NCBI GenBank assembly: GCA_964016885.1
Contig: OZ024743.1
Span: forward strand, 75,268,001 to 75,332,000
Direction of reading: 5' to 3'
Source of the DNA: Eledone cirrhosa
Lineage: Eukaryota
DNA length: 64,000 nucleotides
In this document: positions 12,790-22,539 of the stretch, piece after piece
Layout: every line of letters begins with the position of its first letter
Position numbering within the stretch: position 1 is the first letter of the stretch
The notes under the pieces: model-generated
Databases searched by the model: none
What the model was told of the DNA's origin: nothing
What the model saw: only the letters and a program-made list of their open reading frames with translations
Program-made: the position numbers and the translations under genes

Positions 12790-12868
12790 CACGGTGTCCC
12801 CTCCAAAATATATACACACTTTGATTACTTTATGGTTGAAGTGTGTATACATTTTTTGGGACACTGTG
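12790..12868. mobile_element. ~80-bp Tc1/mariner-type MITE
   Basis: CACGGTGTCCC...ATATATACACACTT / AAGTGTGTATACAT...GGGACACTGTG inverted ends in a TA-rich context. Confidence 0.55.
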
Positions 12869-13303
12869 TTTGTATATATATATATATATTGGGGGAAGGG
12901 AGAAAGTTTTGGATGCTATACCTGACATAATAAAAAACCAAAATACACCCCTAACATTTGTCGGAATATCAATCACGAGAGTAGATAAATAAATATATAA
13001 ATACATAAATAAGAAATGATAGAAAAGGAAAAGAAAATCCCTACATTATGTAATATTCCCAGTCACCCCTAAATTTTCCCTAAATTTCAAAACCGGGAAG
13101 GGAAAGTCCGCGGGTTAAAATCCCAAATGATGGTACCTCAAATACTCGTGTATCCCTTCGCATTACAGTTTAAAGCAATACATATGATCGCTTTGATGAC
13201 TCTTATTCGTTTCTAAGGGTCTCGTTTTTTTCTCTTCTTTCTATATATATATATATATAGTTTTGCGAGGTTTTTTATATGAAATCGTGTCGAAACAAAT
13301 ATT

Positions 13304-13532
13304 GTTATACTTGGGGAGGGTCATATTTGTGTAATATTGCCAGAATTAATAAAAGAACACACTCACTGTTTGGTTGGTTTTCGCTTCTGTGTCTTTTATA
13401 TCGATAATCTAATTTATTAGATTACCGATATAAAAGACACAGAAGCGAAAAGCGAAAACCAACCAAACAGTGAGTGTGTTCTGTTATTAATTCTGGCAAT
13501 ATTACACAAATATGACCCTCCCCAAGTATAAC
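13304..13532. repeat. Near-perfect ~230-bp palindrome with essentially no spacer
   Basis: Arms 13304-13413 and 13416-13532 are reverse complements, with few mismatches and one ~7-bp duplication. Confidence 0.92.
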
Positions 13533-14211
13533 TATATATATATATGTCAAAATCTTTCCCTCTCTGTCTATCTTTTGCCATAAAAACGATAATGATAATC
13601 AATTCAATTAAGAAATATATATATATATATTATTATTATTCTGCGGCAGAGAACTTCATCTTCCCAGAATCGTAGTACTGGTGGTTATGGTATGTGTGTG
13701 TTTCTGCGTATGTATATATATATATATATATCTATGTGGTGTATATACGCATTCACATATTTAGAGGTAATATCACGTGAACACAATCACGTGACAAATC
13801 ACATTATTCTTTCAAAAAGAAAGGTTTGGCGCCATTTTTCTCCATGGAATAGCACGTCAACAAACGCAAGAGAAAAGAAGAAGCAAAAGATAAGAAAACG
13901 GTAAATAATATCAGTTTCCATTTATTAATATATTGTATATCCTAAACGGACGGTAGTCCGTTTAGTAATATTGTTGTGGTCGTGTTTTCGTTGGCAATCG
14001 TCTGTTTACGACAGTACAGCGCGGCTCCACTTTATTTAACTGAGATAAAACTTACATGAGCATGAACAGTAGATCATTACGCATCTTTTGGCTTAAAAAT
14101 CTAGAAATTTGGTCCAGCGGGAAAAAGTTTATAATCAAAGTTTGCTGATAAATCTTGTGTTCAAGTGAGTGAGTAGTAAGCGTGACGCTAGGGGATGTAA
14201 TCCAGAAATGA

Positions 14212-14397
14212 CGACGTTTGGAAAAGTTTAATTACTGCATGAAAGAAATGATTCAAAAATTGAACTTGCCCAATCTTCACAACATTGAAAATTGGTCAAA
14301 ATTTGACAAATCTGACTTCAAACCAGATATGATTCATTTGAATAATGTTGGAAATCTTAAATTGACACAAATTTGTGCCAATGATTTTGCCACCTGA
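14212..14397 (+). pseudogene. C-terminal fragment of an SGNH/GDSL hydrolase-like ORF
   Basis: RRLEKFNYCMKEMIQKLNLPNLHNIENWSKFDKSDFKPDMIHLNNVGNLKLTQ resembles SGNH block V (DxxHLNxxG) and the preceding helix. Confidence 0.5.
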
Positions 14398-14577
14398 TCC
14401 TTGTTCTATGGCTGACTGACTAATTTTGTGACTTAATAAAATGTCATCATACTAGTAATGCACAATGGTCATTTTTAAATTTAAATTTTATTAAATAGTT
14501 GTTGCTTGCATTGCCTTAAAATAGTAACAAGAATGTACACATACTTTTTAAAAATACATCATTATCAGTCAAATCAG

Positions 14578-14937
14578 TCAAATGTCACTAAAAGCCAGGT
14601 GGTCGATAACAACTTCTATAAGATTAGTTACATGCTCACACATTGGATCACCTCTCATCAATGGCATTGGGTGTCTGAGATAATCGTGGAGATAACTGAT
14701 GAAGTCGCAAATGAAGTGATGGTCTTCCAGTGTTAACAACTCCCTATATCCATTGATATATGTGATGGCTTCCGATTCATAGGTGTATTTTATGAGGAAT
14801 TCCATGCATCCGATTTTCAGTGATTCAATGGGCATTTTATCAGAGATGATAAGGTATTTGACCACGTTTTGCTTTGTAAGTAAATTGGAGAGAATCACTG
14901 CAGTCAAAGTCATTTCTTTGCATGGGTTTTTGTCCAT
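14578..14937 (-). CDS. Intronless 119-aa ORF resembling a SPOP-type BACK (BTB-adjacent) domain
   Basis: ILSNLLTKQNVVKYLIISDKMPIESLKIGCMEFLIKY...INGYRELL...HHFICDFISYL follows the L..NL...N....L..AD....LK.....FI pattern; TATA-like TATATAG ~35 nt upstream and AATAAA downstream. Confidence 0.55.
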   Translation of the reverse strand: MDKNPCKEMTLTAVILSNLLTKQNVVKYLIISDKMPIESLKIGCMEFLIKYTYESEAITYINGYRELLTLEDHHFICDFISYLHDYLRHPMPLMRGDPMCEHVTNLIEVVIDHLAFSDI

Positions 14938-15201
14938 TCTAAAAAGTTAAAATGATAAAGTATTACTACTATATAACTTGTTGTAACACCATTGAAATGC
15001 ACAAGTTTCACCAATTCACTATTATGCACTAATCATCTCAAATGCATTCATGATTTACTAGCTTTGTCATTAAGCCAGTTGCCTCAAGTAGATTGCAATT
15101 ATACTCAAAAGAACTTTAAAATGTCAATCACTTGTCAGTAATTCACTATGATCATTTAATTATTAGATAGTTGTTGCTTGCATTGCCTTAAAAAATAGTA
15201 G

Positions 15202-16296
15202 ACCAGATAGAAAAATGCATACAGCAAAAAAAAGTAATATTGTTGGAATATAAACCTTTAAAAATACAGGACAAGAAACTAAAATAAAACTTTAAAAGAA
15301 TAGGACAAGAAACTAAGATAAAACTTTAAAAGAATAGGACAAGAAACTAAGATAAAACTTTAAAGAATTGGACAAGAAATAAAAAATTTTACAATAATAT
15401 TAGTGGCAAAATTTTTTTATTCGTTTCCTGTGCTATGCCCCAGTATCTTCTTGATTAGTGCATAATAATTGTCATGCTCTCATTGTGCGTTGCCCCTGAA
15501 TGGTTGGTTCTGGTTGGGGTTGGTTGGCTGAGCAGTTCTGCTCCGTCAGAATGACCATTGCAAGAAGAATTGGTCGATGCAGCCGCAGGTCTCCTCCAAG
15601 AATGCACTTCTGGTCCCGCAACACCAGACGAAGATGGAGAAGACAACCGGGACAAGATGTCGACTCTGACCACCGACTACGGCACCTCCCTCAACCACCG
15701 GTCCTCCCTCCCTCTGTGCCGTCATCCCTCCAGTCCTCCTGCTCCCCCTTCCTGTACCAGAAAGCTGTGGCACGCATTCATCTGGACTGCTGGACTTGAA
15801 CTCAAGGACAAGATGCAAGGAGAAGATGGACGGGTTGGTCAAGATCAAGGATGAGCGGGACAACAAGACCGTCCGCTGCTGCTCAAGATCTGTGCTCATG
15901 GGCCCATGGGTCCATTCACATTATGCATGACACATGAGGCGTGTCGCCGAATGATGAAATAGGGGTATGGTTATGGCCCAATTGGTGTTCAAACCAGGAT
16001 CAAATGATCCCTCCGGTCTGACGACGACCTCTGAATGTGGAACCCAGAGCCTATGAATGTGGAACTCGATTTTTTACCAATAAAAATTTTGCCACTAATT
16101 TTATTGTAACATTTTTTATTTCTTGTCCAATTCTTTAAAGTTTTATCTTAGTTTCTTGTCCTATTCTTTTAAAGTTTTATCTTAGTTTCTTGTCCTATTC
16201 TTTTAAAGTTTTATTTTAGTTTCTTGTCCTGTATTTTTAAAGGTTTATATTCCAACAATATTACTTTTTTTTGCTGTACGCATTTTTCTATCTGGT
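15202..16296. mobile_element. Foldback-like element: ~218-bp inverted arms with internal ~34-bp subrepeats around a ~660-bp GC-rich core
   Basis: 15202-15420 is the reverse complement of 16079-16296; the arms contain repeated TAAAACTTTAAAAGAATAGGACAAGAAACTAAGA. Confidence 0.75.
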
Positions 16297-16315
16297 ATAT
16301 GTATGTATATATATA

Positions 16316-17374
16316 AAGTGGTGGAAATAAGTATAAGACACCCCATTAAATTGTTAATAATTTTCTTATTACTGCACAAATTCCTTTGAAAATTTGTGTG
16401 TCTAACATAAATCCTATGGGAATCGGTATACATATTCGATTTTATAAAAACTTTCCACGAAAAAAAATTCTTAACAAAACTACGTTTTAGAGGGTGGAAA
16501 TAAGTATAAGACAGTTTTGAAAATATGTATTTAGCAACAAAATGGTACAAATTTTAGTATTTACATTTATTCGGGCCCATCCAAATTAAACTTTTTCTCG
16601 TCAGAAAACACCACGGTTTCCCATTTATTCTTTGCCCATGTTACTTTCTCCTTTACCAAATCTACACGCTTCTTCTTGTGTTCAGCAGTTAAAGCAGGAG
16701 CCATCTTCCTCTTTCGATATAGGAAATTTGGCGAATCATGGAGAATTTGACGAACTCTTCTTGGAGACAAGGGCAAATTCTGAGATTGTTACAGGTCTCT
16801 TGAGCTTGACTGTCCCTTAGAAGCTTCTCGAAAAAGTCGACGCCTGGCTACATCTGTAATTTTAGGTGGACGGCCTGGTCGTTTTTTGGTGCCATACGAT
16901 TCAGTGTCCTTTAGATAATTTCTCACAACTGTTCGGGACCTCGACAGTTCTCTTGCAATGAAACTAATAGATTTTCCTTCCAAGTTATAGGCAGAAATTT
17001 TCCCTTTTTCATTTTCATTAAGGTGAGAGTTCCTCGGCATTTGCAGTGACTTTATGCAATGTTTAATTAGGAATCACGTGGCTTGTAATCATGATAAGAG
17101 TTGTTTACAATATGCGCATGCACTTATTCTTTCTTTGGCACTCAGAAGTAATCCGGAAATACGAATTTTCTAAACTGTCTTATACTTATTTCCACCCTCG
17201 AAAACGTAGTTTTGTTAAGAACTTTATTTTCGTGGAAAGTTTTTATAAAATCGAATATGTATACCGATTCCCATAGGATCTATGTTCCACACACAAATTT
17301 TCAAAGGAATTTGTGCAGTAATAAGAAAATTATTAACAATTTAATGGGGTGTCTTATACTTATTTCCACCACTT
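16316..17374 (-). mobile_element. Tc3-like Tc1/mariner transposon, internally deleted
   Basis: ~200-bp TIRs with inner and outer direct repeats (GTGGAAATAAGTATAAGACA) and TA flanks. Confidence 0.92.
16567..17040 (-). pseudogene. Tc3-like transposase, N-terminal half only (broken, ends at VVFSDEKKFNLDGPE)
   Basis: MPRNSHLNENEKGKI...IARELSRSRTVVRNYLKD.ESYGTKKRPGRPPKI helix-turn-helix and the first catalytic-Asp motif; the rest of the DDE domain is missing. Confidence 0.88.
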
Positions 17375-17384
17375 TATATATATA

Positions 17385-18975
17385 TAATGAGAATCTAAAT
17401 TATGTTAATTTTAAATCTAACAACCCCACTAACATTAACAATGCTATAGTTAGTAATATTGGAAAAAGAATATCAAAACTATCATCTAATAAAAATATCT
17501 TTGATGCTAACGCCAATTACTATAATAATGCGCTTTCTAAAGCCGGTTATCCTGATAAAATCAGATACAGTAAAGAAACCAATCCTAGAAGATCTTACAG
17601 TAAAATAATTAATTATGATCATTCCAATAACATAAATAAAAGACCTAGATACAAAAATATAATCTGGTATAATGCTCCTTTCTCTATTTCTATTAATAAT
17701 AATATTCCTAAATTATTCTTTAGTGCCTTAAATAAATTGTTGAAGAATATATGAAACTTAGATGTTGAAGAATATATGAAAGAACTGCTTGATTCTTCTG
17801 ACTCCCAAGTACAGATATTTCTAAATCATTTACTTAAAGAATGGAAGACACCTGTGATAAAACAACTTGTCAACTCTAAACAGTCGACCAAACAAACCAG
17901 TGCCAGTAATTCTAATAATCGACAAAAAAACTCAGACACTACCATCTAAACTTTCCAACAATACAGAACCTTCCAAAAATGTACCCATCTTTCTACCTTA
18001 TTTCAATATTATTTATTATACATTATATAATACTAGTTGCTCATTCTATATCATTCCTATTTATCACTTTCCTTTCTTCCTCTTTTCTTTTAATTTCTAA
18101 CCTCTACCTAACTACTTCTCAATTCTTATTATTACTCACCACAACATATCCACTCTTCCATCTTTCTTCATATCGTTGGCCATAAAAATTATTATTACCT
18201 TTTAAATACTTTATAGCATTACCTTTAAAAATCCTTCGTAAACATAAACATTTTTTTGACATTAGATTATTCCTCCTCAGTTCATTATATTTTTCTCCCT
18301 TTCATGCTCGTCTGACTTTTACATATCACACATCACAATACATAAAAACAAACTTAAACCATAACTAATCTCCTTTATTACATTATATTATTACCATTAG
18401 AAAATACTTCATAAACATATATATTTTGATGTTAGAGTCTTCTCTTCCTTAAACACTATTTTCTTCTTTGCTTTCTGCGCTCATTTGTAAATGAACAATA
18501 ATAATTCTTAGGGGTATAAAAACCCTAGAAAATGCTATTTTCATCATTTCTAAAAATAGCAAAACAATTGATGCTTTGAATAGGGCCAAATAGAAGTCGT
18601 TAGATATGCCCAACCAACCGTGATGCCTAAACCAATCAGTTTCAGTAATCCAGTGAAACTACACACCGATTGGTCGAAATACAGTTTGCAAAATTAGCAT
18701 TCTGTAGCTGCTTTTCACTGTATATAAGGCACAAAATTTACCCATCTCATTATAGTTGAAAATTGTAAACTTGACTGTCACCACAGAATATGAACCTGAA
18801 GATTGCGAAAGCATGAAATTACTTGTTCAATTAACACTTAACACTTAATATTCTACCATACTATTTCATTCTAATACCATTATAATTTTAAAGGATTGTA
18901 AATAAAACGAGTAAATCAGACAAAGTTGGAATTCCTTTTATTAATATAATCTTCTATACACAATCATACACACCT
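17385..18975 (+). mobile_element. Penelope-like element fragment (post-RT C-terminal region plus pLTR-like 3' sequence)
   Basis: 17385-17754 encodes SNNPTNI..AI...I.KRISKLSSNKNIF....YYNNALSKAGY...KNIIWYNAPFS, typical of PLE sequence downstream of RT; 3' extent uncertain. Confidence 0.65.
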
Positions 18976-18988
18976 GTATATATTTATT

Positions 18989-19020
<32 letters not shown>

Positions 19021-19849
19021 GCTTTTAAGCTATTTTGTAGTATCTCTGTTCAGGAACACACCACTTATATTAAATTTATCTCCCTGGAGCTTTGTAAAAG
19101 TCTGAGAGATTGGCTACATATGTTTTATATATATATTTTTTTTTGTTTAGATGGAAGACAAAACAAAGAAGATGAATACAAAGATGAAGAGAAAGATGAA
19201 GAACCTCACTGCACAACACCACACTGCACCGCACTGCAGCACACCACATTGCAGTGCACCGAACCACATCACACCACACTTCACCACATAAAAACATACA
19301 ACACAACTCCACACCACAACTACTCCACACCACATAACACCACAACACAACACTCCCCACCACAACACACCACTCCACACCACAACACAACACACCACTC
19401 ATCACTACAACACACCACACTACTCCACATAAAAACACACACCACACTACTCCACACCACATAACACCCAAAATGTGTTCCTCATCTTTTTTTCATGTGT
19501 TATCAACTAATCTGATCTCCAAGATGTTTGTTATTGACTCTCTCTTCATGGAAAACTTAGGTGGATGCACTTCTCTCATTTAACACCAGAGTTTTCTCTA
19601 AGATTTTTCGTATATTATCAACGAATATGACCTCCAAACCAGTTGGAAATGATTAGTTGTTCTAGAAAAAAGGAGGGATAAAGCAGGTGGAAAAACCATT
19701 GTCGTTTTGTAGATATATACCCTAATGATTTTTCTTCGGTCTCCTTTTGAATGCTATCAACTAATCTGACCTTTTAGTTGCTCTGAATCAATTTTTTTTT
19801 CCTGGGATTTGGAAACTAAAACTAAATAAAACATAAAATTAAATCTAGC

Positions 19850-20177
19850 CCCAACCCTAAACTCTAAATCTAAACCAAACCAAGCTAAATCTAAATATAA
19901 ACATTACCCCAACCCTTAAACTAAACCCTAAACTATACCCCAACCCTAAAACTAAACCCTAAACTTTACCCCAAACCTAAAACTAAACCCTAAACTTTAC
20001 CCCAAACCTAAAACTAACCCTAAACTTTACCCCAACCCTAAAACTAGACCCTAAACATTACCCCAACCTTAAAACTAGACTCTAAACATTACCCCAACCT
20101 TAAAACTAGACCCTAAACATTACCCCAACCCTAAAACTAAACCCTAAACTTTACCCCAACCCTACCCTAAACCTAAC
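19850..20177. repeat. 31-bp telomere-like (AACCCT-rich) tandem repeat within inverted arms
   Basis: Unit CTAAACCCTAAACTTTACCCCAACCCTAAAA, about 9 copies. Confidence 0.85.
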
Positions 20178-20535
20178 CCAGGGAAATAAGTTGATTGGAA
20201 GCATCTAGTAGGTCAGATTAATTAATAGCACAGGAAATAGCATAGGAAATTAATAGCACAGGAAATATACCGAAAATGATTAAGTCCCACAACATGTGAG
20301 TGGGGTGTAAATCTGTAAAACGCTTCCCCTCTCCCTCTCCTCTTTCTCCAAAGCTAGTTGTTTTTGACTGGTTTAGAAGTCATATTCACTGATAACGCAT
20401 GAAAATAGAATCAAAGAGAAAATTCCGAGTAAGCAGGGGTTATCCGGGTGAAGGGGGAACCACCTCACCCCGCCGTTTTCCTGGGTGGAAAAAGTCAGTT
20501 TCAAGCATCTTGGAGATTGGATTAGTTGATAGCAC

Positions 20536-21325
20536 ATCTCATCGCATCTCGTCTCGTCTCGTCTCGCCTCGCCTCAAAAAGCCTCGCCTCACCTCGCCTC
20601 TCCTCGCCTCGCAAAGCCTCGCCTCACCTCGCAAAGCCTCGCAAAACCTCGCAAAACCTCGCAAAGCCTCGCAAAGCCTTGCCTCGCCTTGCAAAGCCTT
20701 GCCTCACCTCGCAAAGCCTCGCCTCACCTCGCCTTGCCTTGCAAAGCCTCGCCTTGCCTCACCTCGCAAAGCCTCACAAAACCTCGCCTCGCCATGCCTC
20801 GCCTCGCCTCGCCTCGCCACGCATTGCCTCGCCTCACCACGCCTCGCCTCGCCACGCCTTGCCTCACCTCGCAAAGCCTCACAAAGCCTTGCCTCACCTC
20901 GGCAAGCCTCGCCTCGCCACGCCTCGCCTCATTTCAACACGCCTCGCCTCATTTCACCACGCCACACCACATTTCATCACATCACATGCTACCACACTAC
21001 ATCCCACCACACTCCACTACACCATATCCCCCACCCTACATTGAACCACACCACTGTCCACTACACTAAACCACACTCCACTACACTACACCACTCCACT
21101 ACACTACACCACACTCCACTACACTACACCACTGTCCACTACACTACACCACACCACTATCCACTACACTAAACCACACTCCACTACACTACACCACTCC
21201 ACTACACTACACCACACTACACTACACCACTGTCCACTACACTACATCACACCACTGTCCACTACACTAAACCACACTCCACTACACTACACCACACTCC
21301 ACTACACTACACCACACCACACCAC
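20536..21325. repeat. Pentamer-based simple repeats (CCTCG)n grading into (CACTA/CACCA)n
   Basis: Direct inspection; similar CACAC tracts at 19205-19470. Confidence 0.9.
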
Positions 21326-22539
21326 TGTCTATTCGACTGTTTTCTATTTCGTAGGTATGTCCAGTTACAGTAAGAGAAAGAAAGTTATTTCAAAGGATCT
21401 GAGTAAGTAAACACTTCACTGACCATCATTTTAAGCAGAATCTCAGTGTAGTTTTAAATTGACCTTTTCATATGATTACACCTCAGTCTTAACTTAATCA
21501 CCTGTAGATGGATGCTACATGTAATGTTAAAATTAGTTAAACACTGTTTTCCCCTTCTCATCACATGTGGATGCTACATGTGTATTGTTAGCCTCACCAT
21601 ATCATACCACACCACATCACACCATGTTGTACCACACCAGACCACATAACACCATGCTATACCATATATATATATATATGAGCTCCCCACTTGTTATATT
21701 AACTGTATCTCCTCAGTGTTTCATGAAAGTCTGAGAGATCAGCTATATATTTGTTTACAATTTTTTTTATATTTAGATGGAAAAGAAGAAAAAGATAACG
21801 AACCAGACGACTAAAATGAAAATGACAACAAAGACAAAGAAGACACGGGAAACGAAGATGACAAAAAGAAGAAGAAAGTATGATCTCAGTTCAGTCTAAA
21901 CCTAATGATTTATAGATATGATCTTAGTTCAGTCTTAACCTAATGACTGTAGATACGATCTATTTAGGTTTAACTTAAACATTCAAAGATATTTGTATAT
22001 ACTTTTGTTGATGTTTGACATTGTTTTTTAGTTATGAAATAGCTTATAAGCTACATTATAGGATCACAGTGCATGAGCACACTGCTCTTTAAATTAACTT
22101 TATCTCCTCAGCACTTTGTAAAGTCTGAGAGATAGGCAACATATATGTTTTACATTCTTTGTTTTGGGTATTTAGATGGCAGAGGAGAAGATAAAGGCAC
22201 AGAAGAAGTCAAAGGCACAGAAGAAAACAAAGAAAATGAACAAGAAGAACAATTTTTATTACTATTATTATTTGTATTATTATAATCAAACTAAGCCACA
22301 CTACATCAACCTATACCATACCACACCACACTGACAAACATTATACCATACCAAATTATCCAACATCACACTACGAAACACTGTACGACCTCACATCAGA
22401 CCATGCTATGAAACAATATACCATACTACACTATACAACAAGAGACAACACCACACAAGACTATGAAACACTATACTTTACCACACTATATCACACCACT
22501 CAAGTTAGAGAGGACCAACTTTTTTCCTGGAAAGTAGAA

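Noticed and set aside
14172-14195. AGTAGT start as a complete Polinton/Maverick terminus
   Set aside because: No matching inverted terminus and no pPolB, integrase or capsid remnants in the window, so it is kept only as a hint in the cassette finding.
19850-20177. Interstitial telomere or chromosome fusion scar
   Set aside because: A degenerate 31-bp unit inside inverted arms rather than pure (TTAGGG)n; better explained as part of a dispersed repeat.
20399-21172. 257-aa SPR/LAS-rich ORF resembling a protamine-like protein
   Set aside because: It is a translation of (CCTCG)n and (CACTA)n pentamer repeats, with all three frames open and no codon-level signal.
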